Source of the DNA: an uncultured Actinomycetota bacterium | Lineage (GTDB): Bacteria > Actinomycetota > Actinomycetes > Streptosporangiales > Streptosporangiaceae | Direction of reading: 5' to 3' | Assembly: GCA_963778435.1 (NCBI GenBank) | Contig: CAVZUX010000018.1 | Coordinates: forward strand, 57,250-121,249 | Length of the DNA stretch: 64,000 nt | Shown: positions 41,994-52,503 of the stretch, piece by piece | Numbering within the stretch: the first letter of the stretch is position 1 | Layout of the letters: each line of letters opens with the position of its first letter | Made by a program: the position numbers and the translations under genes | Notes under the pieces: model-generated | Database searches by the model: none | What the model was told of the DNA's origin: nothing | The model's input: only the letters and a program-made list of their open reading frames with translations

Positions 41994-42301
41994 TGCCGCT
42001 GCTAGCCATCGTTGCCCTCGCCGTAATCACCTATGCGTTCCGGCTCGTTGGCCCGCTCTGCCAGGGCCGACTGACGCTGCCGCCTGCGGCCACGGTGGTC
42101 TTCGCCGACGCGGCCGCCGTCCTTCTGATCGCGCTGGCCGCGACGTCCGCCCTGTTCAACGGACACGACTTCGCCGGCTGGGCCCGCCCCACCGGCGTAC
42201 TCGTCGCCGGCATCCTCGCCGCGCGCCGCGCCCCGTTCCCGGTCGTCGTCATCGCCGCCGCCGGCGTCACCGCCATGCTCCGCCTAGCCGGCGTCGCCTA
42301 A
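41993..42301 (+). CDS. AzlD domain small membrane protein
   Basis: ITYAFRLVGP. TGATG-coupled to azlC. Confidence 0.85.
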   Translation: MPLLAIVALAVITYAFRLVGPLCQGRLTLPPAATVVFADAAAVLLIALAATSALFNGHDFAGWARPTGVLVAGILAARRAPFPVVVIAAAGVTAMLRLAGVA

Positions 42302-42343
42302 GCGCGCCCTGCCGCGGCCAGACCTCAGCCGACGAACCTACCC

Positions 42344-42443
42344 ACGCCAACGACAGGGCTGGCTGGCGCCTGTCACCTACGCCAACGACATCGTCTGTTG
42401 GTGTCAATGGCCTCGATGACAGGCGCGTTTGGGTCGTTGCCGT
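42344..42443. repeat. Nested ~100-nt hairpin between convergent genes
   Basis: Outer ACGCCAACGAC/GTCGTTGCCGT, middle GCGCCTGTCA/TGACAGGCGC, inner ACGCCAAC/GTTGGTGT. Confidence 0.6.
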
Positions 42444-42599
42444 AGCCGACAGGTAGAAGTCAGTGGACGCGGGCGCAGTCGATGGGAGTCGTGGAAAAAG
42501 GAAGGCCTGGACCTGATCCCGTGATGGCATGGGACGGCTCCGACGGACCTACCGGGCGAAGCAACGGCCCGTTCACTACGACGATGTTGACTTTGGACT

Positions 42600-43220
42600 T
42601 TAGCGGTCGTCGCCTATGACCGGCTCGGGGAGGGTACCGGCGTTGTACTCGAGGAGGCGCCAGCGGCCGTCGAGGACGGACAGGACGGACCAGGAGCAGT
42701 TGGCCAGCGGGCCGAGGACGCTGATGCCATGGGCGGGGAGGCCGAGGAGGCGCTCCATGCCCAGGCGGAGCGCCGCGCCGTGGCTGACCACGACGGCGAG
42801 CTGGCCGGGGGCCACGGCGGCGGAGGCCCGGGTGATGGCCGCGCTCACCCGGTCGGCGACCGCGCTGGTCAGCTCGCCCTTCGGCGGGTCCCAGGTGGCG
42901 CGCTCCCTCGGGTAGCGCTCGTTGATCTCGGTGTCGGTCAGGCCCTCCCAGGCGCCGCCGGACCGCTCGCGCAGCCCCTTGTCCGAGGCGACCTGCAGGC
43001 CGGTGAGCCGGCTCAGCGGGGCGGCGGTCTGCTGGGCGCGGGTCAGGTCGGAGGCGAAGATCGCGCTCGGCATCAAGGTGGCCAGGCGGCGGGCGGCGTA
43101 CTCCGCCTGGGCCTCGCCGGTCTCGTCGAGGGGAATGTCGGTATGGCCCTGGAAGCGGTGCTCGACGTTCCAGGTCGTCTGCCCGTGCCGCCAGAGCACG
43201 AGCCGCTTCGGCGCGCTCAG
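42600..43220 (-). CDS. Histidine phosphatase family protein (probable CTG start)
   Basis: LWRHGQT, SDLTRAQQTA, VSHG. Conserved position after rsfS. Confidence 0.88.
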   Translation of the reverse strand: MSAPKRLVLWRHGQTTWNVEHRFQGHTDIPLDETGEAQAEYAARRLATLMPSAIFASDLTRAQQTAAPLSRLTGLQVASDKGLRERSGGAWEGLTDTEINERYPRERATWDPPKGELTSAVADRVSAAITRASAAVAPGQLAVVVSHGAALRLGMERLLGLPAHGISVLGPLANCSWSVLSVLDGRWRLLEYNAGTLPEPVIGDDR

Positions 43221-43603
43221 CTCTGCGTCCCCTTAGCCGTCAGGGCCCCCTCGGGGAGGGCGATCCGCGGGCAGTCGCTCCAGATCCGCTCGAGGGCGTA
43301 GAAGACGCGCTCCTCCTTGTTCTGCACGTGGACCACGATGTCGTTGTAGTCCAGCAGCACCCAGCGGCTCTCGTTCTCGCCCTCCCTCCTCTTGAGGGTG
43401 GCGCCGGCCAGCTTGAGGTGTAGCTCTACCTCGTCGACGATCGAGCGGACCTGCCGGTCGTTTGCCCCGGTGCAGACCAGGAACACGTCGGTGATCGCAA
43501 GCTGGTCGCTCACGTCGTAGGCGACGATGTCGCTGGCCAGCTTCTCCGCCGCGGCGAGCGCGGCGATCTCGGTGAGCTCGATGGCCCTGGGGGTGGCAGT
43601 CAC
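43217..43603 (-). CDS. rsfS: Ribosome silencing factor
   Basis: DVSDQLAITDVF, RWVLLDY, FYALERIW. Follows nadD. Confidence 0.95.
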   Translation of the reverse strand: MTATPRAIELTEIAALAAAEKLASDIVAYDVSDQLAITDVFLVCTGANDRQVRSIVDEVELHLKLAGATLKRREGENESRWVLLDYNDIVVHVQNKEERVFYALERIWSDCPRIALPEGALTAKGTQS

Positions 43604-43647
43604 GTGGTGCGTCGGCCTCCTCGGTCGAGGGTTGTTCTACTAGGATC

Positions 43648-44247
43648 TCATGGTCTCTCGTACAATCCGCGCTTCCCGATGTACTGGACGACGCCGTCGG
43701 GCACCAGGTACCAGACCGGCTCCCCCGCGGCGACCCGGTGGCGGCACTCGCTGCTTGAGATCGCCAGCGCGGGGATCTCCACCAGGGAGACCTTCCCATC
43801 CGGCAGCCCCTGGCCGGTGAGCCGGTGACCTGGTCGGGTGCAGCCGATGAAGTGCGCAAGAGAGAAGAGCGCTTGGACGTCGTGCCAGGTCAAAATGTTC
43901 GCCAGCGCGTCCGCGCCCGTTATGAAGTATAGGTCGGTGTCCGGACCGTTCGCGTCCTTCAGATCGCGCAGCGTGTCGATCGTGTAGGTCGGGCCCGGGC
44001 GGTCGATATCGACGCGGCTGACGGAGAACCGGGGATTGGAGGCGGTGGCGATCACCGTCATCAGGTAGCGGTCCTCGGCCGCGGAGACCTTCCGGTCGTC
44101 CTTCTGGTAGGGCTGCCCGGTGGGCACGAAGACGACCTCGTCCAGGCCGAAGTGGTGCGCCACCTCGCTGCCGGCCACCAGGTGGCCATGGTGGATGGGG
44201 TCGAACGTGCCGCCCATCACGCCAACCCGCTTGCGCCCGTTAATCAA
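43648..44247 (-). CDS. nadD: Nicotinate-nucleotide adenylyltransferase
   Basis: [29 protein letters not shown]. Confidence 0.96.
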   Translation of the reverse strand: MINGRKRVGVMGGTFDPIHHGHLVAGSEVAHHFGLDEVVFVPTGQPYQKDDRKVSAAEDRYLMTVIATASNPRFSVSRVDIDRPGPTYTIDTLRDLKDANGPDTDLYFITGADALANILTWHDVQALFSLAHFIGCTRPGHRLTGQGLPDGKVSLVEIPALAISSSECRHRVAAGEPVWYLVPDGVVQYIGKRGLYERP

Positions 44248-44377
44248 CCGCCATCTCCTTAGTTCAACGGTATCGAGATGCTATAGGGTTGCCGACCCCG
44301 AAAATGTTCCGCTGATCCCTGCGGGTTACGCCCGCGGGACGATGCTTTGACTCGCCGGGGGAGCTACCATTCGAGAT

Positions 44378-45427
44378 ATGACTTCAGTTCCCGATCGGGC
44401 CCGTGTCCGGCTCACCGGCATCTCGTCCCGCGCCTACGAGCACCCGGCCGACCGTTCGGCCCTCGTCGCGCTGCGCAAGCTGAGCGGCTTCGACGTGCTG
44501 CTGAGCAAGCTTTTCGGCCTCTTCAATGAACGCGCCCTGCGTCTGACGTTCCTGGCGGGCGCGGTCAAGGTCTCTGAGCGCCAGTTCCCGCACATCCACG
44601 CGCTAGTGCGGGACGGCGCCTACATCCTCGACCTGCCCGACATACCCGACTGCTTCGTCATTCAGTCGCCGCTCGTCAACGCCATGGCGATCGGCAAGGA
44701 CCGGCCCTTCGTGGTGCTCACCACGGGCCTGGTCAACCTGCACGACGAGGAAGAGCTCCGGTTCGTCGTCGGCCACGAGCTCGGGCACATCCTGTCCGGG
44801 CACGCCGTCTACCGGACGATGCTGCTGATCCTCATCCAGCTCGCCGCGCGGATCGCCTGGATGCCGATCGGCTACCTCGGTCTCCGGGGCATCATCTGGG
44901 GCCTCGAAGAGTGGTTCCGCAAGTCCGAGCTCTCCTGCGACCGGGCGGGCCTGCTGGCCGGCCAGGACGTCGACGCGGCCAGGCGGGCGCTGATGAAGCT
45001 GGCCGGCGGCCCGTTCCTGTCCGAGCTCAACCCGGACGCGTTCCGCGAGCAGGCGCACGAGTACGACGCGGTGCCCGACCTGCGGGACTCGGTGCTCAAG
45101 CTGCTCCAGCTCCAGGGGAACACCCACCCGTTCTCGGTCGTCCGGTTCGCCGAGCTTGACCGGTGGGCGACCAACGGCGAGTACGAGACGATCCTGTCCG
45201 GCGACTACCCGCGCCGCGACACCGACCGGGACGCGAAGTTCTCCGACGAGATGAAGAACGCGGCCAACTCCTACCGCGAAACGTGGAATCGGTCGGAGGA
45301 CCCGCTGGCCGGCATCCTCCGCGGCGTCGCGGATACCGGCGCGCGGGCGGCTTCCGGGCTGTTCGACCGGTTCGGCGGCGGCGGTAACCGGGGCGGCGGC
45401 AACGGCGGTGGCAACGGCGACAACTGA
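44378..45427 (+). CDS. M48 family zinc metallopeptidase
   Basis: AYEHPADR, GHELGH (HExxH), SELSCDRAG, THPF. Confidence 0.9.
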   Translation: MTSVPDRARVRLTGISSRAYEHPADRSALVALRKLSGFDVLLSKLFGLFNERALRLTFLAGAVKVSERQFPHIHALVRDGAYILDLPDIPDCFVIQSPLVNAMAIGKDRPFVVLTTGLVNLHDEEELRFVVGHELGHILSGHAVYRTMLLILIQLAARIAWMPIGYLGLRGIIWGLEEWFRKSELSCDRAGLLAGQDVDAARRALMKLAGGPFLSELNPDAFREQAHEYDAVPDLRDSVLKLLQLQGNTHPFSVVRFAELDRWATNGEYETILSGDYPRRDTDRDAKFSDEMKNAANSYRETWNRSEDPLAGILRGVADTGARAASGLFDRFGGGGNRGGGNGGGNGDN

Positions 45428-45462
45428 CGGCCGACTGTTTCGGTTCTGCGTTTCTGCGTTTT

Positions 45463-45499
45463 CTGCGGGGCGCGGGGGATTCTCCTCCGCGCCCCGCAG
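45463..45499 (+). terminator. GC-rich hairpin terminator
   Basis: CTGCGGGGCGCGG...CCGCGCCCCGCAG immediately after the M48 stop. Confidence 0.7.
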
Positions 45500-45932
45500 T
45501 GCGTTTGCTTGGGGGCAGGGCAGGGGGCAGGGGCAGGGGGCAGGGCAAAGTCAAAACCCGTCGGCGTGGCTTGGGGCCTTCGGGAGATTTCCGCTGGCAC
45601 TCCTTCGGCCTTCGGGCATTCGGCCGGCTCGCTAGGCGGCGGCGGGGCCTAAGGCACTTCGCAGGGCGGATGCGCATGGCTCGCGGCGGAAGCCCTTGGC
45701 GTTGCTGAGTCCGGCGAGGTGCATGAGCGTCGGGTGGCATAGGCCTGGCTGCTGCCGCCGCGCCGTGCGCCTTGCTGGACCGACAACGTGAGCGGCGACC
45801 CTAGAGGTAGATCCTGGACCACGGAAGCACCACCGTGGCTCTGCGGGCCAACGGCCCGCCGGAGTAGAACCTCCCCGGACTCGGTCACCCGCCACTGACC
45901 GACTCACCCGCTCACGCGCGTGACCGTCGATT

Positions 45933-45997
45933 CCTAGACAAGAAATTATTCTTGCTTGTTTAAAAATTTGTCTACTGGCTAGAGTTTCTTGTGTAGG
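45933..45997. promoter_or_regulatory. AT-rich promoter with inverted repeat (candidate HxlR operator)
   Basis: CCTAGACAAGAAA ... TTTCTTGTGTAGG (12/13), plus inner TAGACAA/TTGTCTA. Confidence 0.45.
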
Positions 45998-46034
45998 GGC
46001 TGGCGGTGGGCTGGCCGGGAAGATCGGAGCGATC

Positions 46035-46832
46035 ATGTCATCTGCGCCTTGGTACTTGTGGGCTCTCGTGGTGGTCGAAGTCGGGCTGATATTGCTCGCG
46101 GTGGCGCGGGCGTTTCGGACGTCGGCAACGGCCGCGGGGGTGGAGGGCCGGGCGGCCTTGCGCCTGGCGGTGGTGTTCGCGGCGGGATACGCCGGGTGGG
46201 TTCTCGTGACGGCTGCGTTGGCGAGCGCCCACGTGTACCGGTTTGAGAGCAACGCGACCAAGCCGTGGCTAGCGCTGGGATTCGCGGTGCCGCTGGTCGG
46301 GCTGCTTCTGCTTACCCGGCTGCCGATAGCTAGGCGCGTTCTGTCTGATCCGCGGATACTGTCTCTGCTTACCCGGCCTCATCAGGTGCGCGTGGGTGGG
46401 CTGATATTCCTGATCGCGCTCGCCCTGGGCGAGCTGCCGGCGGCCTTCGCGCTGCCGGCAGGTCTCGGCGACATCGCGATCGGCCTGGCCGCGCCTTGGG
46501 TGGCGCGAGGGCTGCGGGACGGCAACGGGATTCGCCGGGCGTTCTGGTTCAACATCGCGGGATTGGTCGATTTCGCGGTGCCCTTCGCGGTCGGGTTCCT
46601 CGCCGCGCCGGGCCGCCAGCAGATACTCCACCTGACGCCTACCACGCAGCAGATATCCGTACTGCCGCTGGTGCTGATCCCGACGGCGGGCGTGCCGCTG
46701 CTGTTCGCGCTGCACGTCATCTCGCTCGCGAAGCTGCGGACCCGGACCCGGGTAGCCGCCACAGCAGTCCCGGAACAGCTGGCGGTGCCGATAGCACTTG
46801 CCAAGCCCGGCGTAGGATCGGGGCCGGAATGA
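46035..46832 (+). CDS. Uncharacterised integral membrane protein
   Basis: About 7 hydrophobic segments. FALPAGLGDIAIG and PLVLIPT motifs. Confidence 0.75.
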   Translation: MSSAPWYLWALVVVEVGLILLAVARAFRTSATAAGVEGRAALRLAVVFAAGYAGWVLVTAALASAHVYRFESNATKPWLALGFAVPLVGLLLLTRLPIARRVLSDPRILSLLTRPHQVRVGGLIFLIALALGELPAAFALPAGLGDIAIGLAAPWVARGLRDGNGIRRAFWFNIAGLVDFAVPFAVGFLAAPGRQQILHLTPTTQQISVLPLVLIPTAGVPLLFALHVISLAKLRTRTRVAATAVPEQLAVPIALAKPGVGSGPE

Positions 46833-46857
46833 CCGACGGGAGAACTGGGCCGGCACG

Positions 46858-47520
46858 GTGCGGACTTACAACCAGAATTGCCCGATCGCGCTGGGGCTGG
46901 ACGTGCTCGGCGACCGCTGGACGCTGTTGATCCTGCGGGAGTTGGTCGGCGGCCCGCGTCGGTACGGGGACATCCGGGCCGAACTGCCCGGGATCGCGAC
47001 GAACCTGCTGGCGGAGCGGTTGCGGGAACTGGAGGCGGCCGGGCTGATCGAGCGGACGGAACTGCCCCCGCCGGCAGCCCGGGCGGTGCTCGGGCTGACC
47101 GAGGCGGGATGGCGCTACGTGGTGCCGGTCTTGCAATCTGTCGCCCGGCTGGGGCTGCGCCAATGGGACACCGCCGAGCCGGACGGGGTGTCGCCGTTCA
47201 GCGGATTCCTGGCCGGTATCCTGCTTGCGTTCGACCCGGCGGCGGCCGCCGATCTCAAGGAAAGCGTCGCCGCCGACATCGACGGCCGCCGTTTCGAGTT
47301 CGCCGTGTCCGGCCAGAGTCTGGTGCCTGCGGGCGGATCGCCGACGGTGACGATGACTGCACGCGCGGCGGACCTGGTGGCGGCGCGACTGGCCGCCACT
47401 CCAGCGGACCGTGAGCGCGCCCTGCAGGCCGTGACCTTCACCGGTCCCGCCGACAGCGTGGACCACGTGCGCCTAGCTTTCCACCTCACGCCTGACGGTA
47501 GCTTCGAGACGGTGGGCTGA
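46858..47520 (+). CDS. HxlR family winged-helix regulator with C-terminal SCP2-like extension
   Basis: YNQNCPIALGLDVLGDRWTLLILREL..LPGIATNLLAERLREL. Confidence 0.88.
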   Translation: MRTYNQNCPIALGLDVLGDRWTLLILRELVGGPRRYGDIRAELPGIATNLLAERLRELEAAGLIERTELPPPAARAVLGLTEAGWRYVVPVLQSVARLGLRQWDTAEPDGVSPFSGFLAGILLAFDPAAAADLKESVAADIDGRRFEFAVSGQSLVPAGGSPTVTMTARAADLVAARLAATPADRERALQAVTFTGPADSVDHVRLAFHLTPDGSFETVG

Positions 47521-47610
47521 CGCGGCACGCCGTTAGGGCGCGGTGGACTGGGTTCCCAATCGGCGCCTGGGTAGCGCGGGCTGAATCCCGCACCTCGGGG
47601 CAGGATCGCG

Positions 47611-48725
47611 TCAAAGGATGACTAGGTCGTCGCGGTGGACTACTTCGCGCTCGTACTCGGGGCCCAGCCTGGTGGAGAGCCAGCGGGTGGAGCGGCCCAT
47701 GAGCGCGGGGATCTCCTGGGCGTCGTAGTTGACGATGCCCCTGGCGACTACGGTGCCGGCCTCGGTGGTCAGGTCGACCGGGTCGCCCGCTTCGAAGGCG
47801 CCGTCTACGCCGGTGATGCCCGCGGGGAGCAGGGAGGCGCGGCGGACAATGACCGCTTCGACGGCGCCGTCGTCGAGCTTGAGCGCGCCCCGGGCGACGG
47901 CCGCGTGCGCCAGCCAGAGCAGGCGAGTGCTCGGGCGGTGGCCGGTGGGGGCGAAGTAGGTGCCAGTACGCTCGCCTGCCAGGGCGGCGGCGGCCTGCGC
48001 GGCCGCGGTCACCACCGTCGCGATGCCGGCCGCCGTCGCGATCAGCGCGGAATCGACCTTGGTGGACATGCCGCCGGTGCCCACGCCGGACTTGCCGGTC
48101 TTGCCCGCCCTGACCTGCAGCAGGTCATCGGGCCGGCCACCACGTCGATCCGGCGGGCGTTTCCCTTTCTCGGGTCGCCGTCGTACAGGCCGTCCACGTC
48201 GGAGAGGAGGATCAACGTGCTGGCCCGGGTGACGTGGGCGACGAGCGCGGCGAGGCGGTCGTTGTCGCCGAAGCGGATCTCGTCGGTGGCCACCGTGTCG
48301 TTCTCGTTGATCACCGGGACGACCTTGAGGTCGAGCAGGCGGTCGAGGGTGCGCTGCGCGTTCCGGTAGTGGCCTCGGCGCATCAGGTCGTCGGCGGTCA
48401 GCAGGACCTGGCCGGTGTCCAGGCCGTGAGCGGCGAACGCGGCGGTGTACCGGGCCATCAGCAGGCCCTGGCCGACGGAGGCCGCCGCCTGCTGAGTGGC
48501 CAGGTCGCGCGGGCGCTTCTTCAGGCCGAGCGGACCCAGGCCGGTCGCGATCGCGCCCGATGAAACGAGCAGCACCTGGTGACCGCCGCGCACCCGGTCG
48601 GCGATGGCGCGGACAATCGCGGCGATGCGGGCGTCGTCGATCGCGCCGTCGCGCGTCGTCAGGGACGAGGATCCGACCTTGACGACGGTCCTTGGCGAGG
48701 CGGCGACGTCGGGACGCGCCGCCAT
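47611..48725 (-). CDS. proB: Glutamate 5-kinase (frameshift at ~48130)
   Basis: [41 protein letters not shown] domain VVHRDDLV. Confidence 0.93.
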
Positions 48726-48739
48726 CTCCTCCCCCACAC

Positions 48740-48780
48740 TGTCGTCCAACTCAGTGTCGTCCAACTCAGTGTCGTCCAAC
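48740..48780. repeat. 15-bp tandem repeat TGTCGTCCAACTCAG x2.7
   Basis: Read directly in the obgE-proB spacer. Confidence 0.85.
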
Positions 48781-48856
48781 CCGGTGCCACTTCAGCCCAG
48801 CGCCGTCAGGCGCGACGTCTGTTCGCTTGGCCCGTCCCGGCCGACGGGCTTGCTCA

Positions 48857-50242
48857 TCATCGCAGGCGGCGGTCCGTGCCCCGGGGGCCGGCCACGTGGT
48901 TGCCGCCGCCCGCGGCGAGGTCGGGGTCCCAGTCGAAGACGACCGCGTCGTCGGGGTCGCCGATCAGCACGGTGTCACTGGAGTTCGCGCCCGCCTTGGC
49001 GAGGGCTTCCTCGACGCCCAGCCGGGCGAGCCGGTCGGCAAGGTAGCCCACCGCCTCTTCATTGGTGAAGTCCGTCTGCATGACCCACCGCGACGGCTTC
49101 TCGCCGCTGACCAGATACGAGCCGTCCTTCATGCGGACCACCTCGAAGCCCGGCTCCTTGGCCGCCCTCGGGCGGATGATGACGCGCTCGGGGACGGGGT
49201 CGGCCCGTGCCGCCCGGGCCGCCACCACAATCTCGGCCATCGCGAAGCGGAGCTCGCGCAGTCCCTCGGTGGTCGCGGCCGAGACCTCGTAGACCGCGAG
49301 GCCGCGGGCCTCGAGCTCCCCCTTGACCATGTCGGCGAGTTCGCGGGCCTCTGGGACGTCCACCTTGTTGAGCGCGACGATCCGCGGCCGGTCCATCATG
49401 GAAGTGCCGGTCAGGCCGAGCCCGACGATCTCCTCGTAACGGGCGAGCTCGGCTTCGATCGTGTCCAGGTCGCTGATCGGGTCACGGCCGGGCTCGTCGG
49501 TCGCGCAGTCGAGCACGTGCACCAGCGCCGAGCAGCGTTCAACGTGCTTGAGGAAGTCATGGCCGAGGCCTTTGCCCTCGCTCGCGCCCGGGATCAGGCC
49601 GGGCACGTCGGCGACGACGTACTGGACCTCGCCCGCCTCGACCACGCCGAGGTTCGGGATCAGGGTGGTGAAGGGGTAGTTGGCGATCTTCGGCCGGGCG
49701 GCCGACATGGCGGCGATCAGGCTGGACTTGCCCGCGTTAGGGAAGCCGATGAGGCCGATATCGGCCACCGTCTTGAGCTCAAGGGTGAGGTCGTGGCTGT
49801 CGCCCGGCTCTCCCTTGAGCGCAAAGCCCGGGGCCTTGCGGCGGGCCGATGCAAGCGCTGCGTTGCCGAGCCCGCCTCCGCCGCCCGCCGCGGCGATGTA
49901 CCGGGTGCCGGTCCCGATCAGGTCGGCGAGCACCTCTCCGTTGCTGGAGAGAACCACCGTGCCGTTCGGGACCTGGATTATCAGATCTTCCCCGGCGGCG
50001 CCGCTGCGGTTCGACCCTTCGCCCTGATGGCCGTTCCCGGCCTTCCTGACCGGACGGCGATGAAAGTCGAGCAGCGTAGAGCTGGACGCGTCGACCTCGA
50101 GGATCACGCTGCCGCCGCGGCCCCCGTTGCCGCCGTCGGGGCCGCCCAGCGGCTTGAACTTCTCCCGGTGGACCGATGCGCAGCCGTTCCCGCCATGGCC
50201 GGCTTGCACCTGCAGCACAGCGTGGTCAGCGAACTCAGCCAT
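48857..50242 (-). CDS. obgE: GTPase ObgE/CgtA
   Basis: [41 protein letters not shown]. Confidence 0.97.
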   Translation of the reverse strand: MAEFADHAVLQVQAGHGGNGCASVHREKFKPLGGPDGGNGGRGGSVILEVDASSSTLLDFHRRPVRKAGNGHQGEGSNRSGAAGEDLIIQVPNGTVVLSSNGEVLADLIGTGTRYIAAAGGGGGLGNAALASARRKAPGFALKGEPGDSHDLTLELKTVADIGLIGFPNAGKSSLIAAMSAARPKIANYPFTTLIPNLGVVEAGEVQYVVADVPGLIPGASEGKGLGHDFLKHVERCSALVHVLDCATDEPGRDPISDLDTIEAELARYEEIVGLGLTGTSMMDRPRIVALNKVDVPEARELADMVKGELEARGLAVYEVSAATTEGLRELRFAMAEIVVAARAARADPVPERVIIRPRAAKEPGFEVVRMKDGSYLVSGEKPSRWVMQTDFTNEEAVGYLADRLARLGVEEALAKAGANSSDTVLIGDPDDAVVFDWDPDLAAGGGNHVAGPRGTDRRLR

Positions 50243-50266
50243 GATTGATCCCCTTTTACATGCTAA

Positions 50267-50292
50267 TGGCGGGCCGGGAAACCGGCCCGCCA
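50267..50292. terminator. Hairpin between rpmA and obgE
   Basis: TGGCGGGCCGG-GAAA-CCGGCCCGCCA. Confidence 0.6.
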
Positions 50293-50320
50293 CGGCACGT
50301 TCTCGCTTTGCTTCGGCCGA

Positions 50321-50602
50321 TTAGGCCACGTTCTCCACGTTCAGCTTGTCCACATGCGGGACGATGTTCACGGCGCGGCGACCGCGGTACCTGGCGAACT
50401 TGACCTTCCCGGCCACCAGGGCGAACAGCGTGTCGTCGTCACCGCGACCGACACCCTGACCCGGGTGGAAGTGCGTGCCACGCTGTCGGACGATGATCTC
50501 GCCCGCGTTCACGGGCTGGCCGCCGAAGCGCTTCACGCCGAGCCGCTGCGCGTTGGAGTCGCGACCGTTGCGGCTGGACGACGCGCCCTTCTTGTGTGCC
50601 AT
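50321..50602 (-). CDS. rpmA: 50S ribosomal protein L27
   Basis: [24 protein letters not shown]. Confidence 0.98.
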   Translation of the reverse strand: MAHKKGASSSRNGRDSNAQRLGVKRFGGQPVNAGEIIVRQRGTHFHPGQGVGRGDDDTLFALVAGKVKFARYRGRRAVNIVPHVDKLNVENVA

Positions 50603-50940
50603 TTCTGCTGGTCCTTAGACGAATCCGACGCCTTCGCGATGCCGGTGATCCGGACCTGGGTGTACTTCTGGCGATGACCCTGACGGCGCTTGTAGCCCGT
50701 CTTGTTCCGGTAGTGGACCATGTTGATCTTCGGCCCCTTGGCTGGGCCGACAACCTCGGCCGTCACCTGGTAGCCGCTAAGCTCTGCCGCGTCGCTGATG
50801 ACATCGCCGTCGTCTACCACGAGAAGCGCGGGGAACGTGATGCTCGACCCGGCCTCCTCGTCTGCAAGCTTATCGACGGTGAGCACGTCATCGAGGGCGA
50901 CCTTCTCTTGCCTGCCACCGCAGCGCACAATCGCGTACAC
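50533..50940 (-). CDS. rplU: 50S ribosomal protein L21 (true stop probably TAA at 50615-50617)
   Basis: GTG start, [13 protein letters not shown] ... [22 protein letters not shown]. Confidence 0.95.
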   Translation of the reverse strand: MYAIVRCGGRQEKVALDDVLTVDKLADEEAGSSITFPALLVVDDGDVISDAAELSGYQVTAEVVGPAKGPKINMVHYRNKTGYKRRQGHRQKYTQVRITGIAKASDSSKDQQKWHTRRARRPAATVATPTRSGSA

Positions 50941-51191
50941 CCGAGAACTGCCTCTCCCTGTATGCGTGCCCCGCTGCCGTCGGACGCAACCGGCCATTGT
51001 GGCTGGACTGCGGACCTGTGGCGGGCTCGCCATGAACCTGACATGCCATCTTACGCGCATGAAACGACCACAGATGCTGATCATTCGCCAGCCACCGGGT
51101 CGTTGCAAAAAGCATACCAGCTCCTCCGGCAGGCGGGACCCGAGCTGCGCACCGGGGTATTCGTGATCATCGGCCGTTGGGTTTGGGCCGG

Positions 51192-52355
51192 TTAAGCGTG
51201 CGGGCCGACTGTCACGGAGCCTATTGCCAGTGTCGGGGTCGCCTCCATCACCGCAGCCACGAGGGCGATCTCGTCGTCGAGTTGGCGGCGCTGGGGGACG
51301 GTCAGATCGTCGCAGAGGTTCGACGATGATGGTGAGCTCGCGACCGGAGCGGCGGTAGTGCCAGATGCCGCCCACGACGCCATCGATGAGCAGGACCGGG
51401 TAGTTTCCGGCCTGGCCCGACGGGCTGAGCGCGCGGGTTGCGCAGCGCCTGGGTACAGGCGGTCTCGGGGCTGGGCTGCTATGACGTAGGCGTCGAAGTA
51501 GGGCAGCAGGCGGATGCCGCTGGGCGGCCGGGACGGCGTCCGGGTGTCGGTGGCGAGGGTCCACGCCGTGGTGCCGTCCAAGTCGACGCATTCCAAGCCG
51601 GCCGACAGCGCGGCGAACAGGTCGGTGGCGCGGCGGGGCGGTATGGCCAGCCACTTGGCGAAGTGCTGAGGCGTCGCGGGGCCGTAGGCGTACAGGTAGC
51701 GGGTGAGCAGGGTGCTCAGGGCCGTGTCGGCATCGGCCGGGCGGAAGCCGGGGAGCCAGCGAGCTGGGCTGGTGTAGGTCGCGTTCCTGACACGGTCCGG
51801 GCCGAAGCACAAGACGCCCCGGTGCGCGGCCGCGCTGGTGAGCTGGCGCCAACGGGGCCACTTGCCGCCGAACGCCTCCATGGTCTGCTCGACGGCCCAC
51901 GGGCCGGTGCGATCCGCGATGGCCTCGGTCAACTCGTCCACGGCCAGCTCGCTGTCCGCAAGGGCGTCGCCGATGGCCGCGATTACCTCTTCCGCCTGGC
52001 CGGGGGTGAAACGGACTCCTTCCGGGTGCGTCGGCGGCGACGAGACGGCCGACAGCGCACCCGTCCACATCGGCAGATCCGCCGCGGGCAGCAAGTGGAC
52101 GGTGCCGCGCGGGCCGAACGTCTTGACCAGGGTGCGGTCCTGCCACAGCGCGCGCTGTACGTCGGTGCGGGTCGCGCCAGCGATGCGGCGGCCGATCGAG
52201 AGCTCCGCGGCGGCGAGCACCTGTGCGTGCACGCCGCACAGGACAGCGGCGATGCCTGCCGGGTCCAGGTCGGCGGACGCTTCGGTCAGCGCGTGGCGGG
52301 CCATTCGGCGAGCCGTGACGGCTGTCCATGTGAGGGATTGGAGGGGCGCGGTCAT
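51192..52355 (-). CDS. AlkZ/HTH_42-family winged-helix DNA glycosylase-like protein (two compensating frameshifts)
   Basis: GVHAQ, RGTVHL, RYLYAYGPATPQHFAKW, RLLPYFDAY, LIDGVVGGIW. Confidence 0.8.
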   Translation of the reverse strand: MTAPLQSLTWTAVTARRMARHALTEASADLDPAGIAAVLCGVHAQVLAAAELSIGRRIAGATRTDVQRALWQDRTLVKTFGPRGTVHLLPAADLPMWTGALSAVSSPPTHPEGVRFTPGQAEEVIAAIGDALADSELAVDELTEAIADRTGPWAVEQTMEAFGGKWPRWRQLTSAAAHRGVLCFGPDRVRNATYTSPARWLPGFRPADADTALSTLLTRYLYAYGPATPQHFAKWLAIPPRRATDLFAALSAGLECVDLDGTTAWTLATDTRTPSRPPSGIRLLPYFDAYVIAAQPRDRLYPGAAQPARSARRARPETTRSCSSMASWAASGTTAAPVASSPSSSNLCDDLTVPQRRQLDDEIALVAAVMEATPTLAIGSVTVGPHA

Positions 52356-52503
52356 GGGGACCCATCTTCCCGCGCTTGCCCGCTGCGGAGTCCCATGACT
52401 GGCACTGCGGCGGGAAGTTGCAACCGCTGGATTCGTACGGAGCAGGCAGCGGGGAGATGAAAAAACCATCGACAGACGGGGCCTTCTGCGGCTGACTACG
52501 TCC

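Noticed and set aside
42301..42600. A tRNA gene after the histidine phosphatase
   Set aside because: No cloverleaf, T-arm or acceptor stem was found on either strand.
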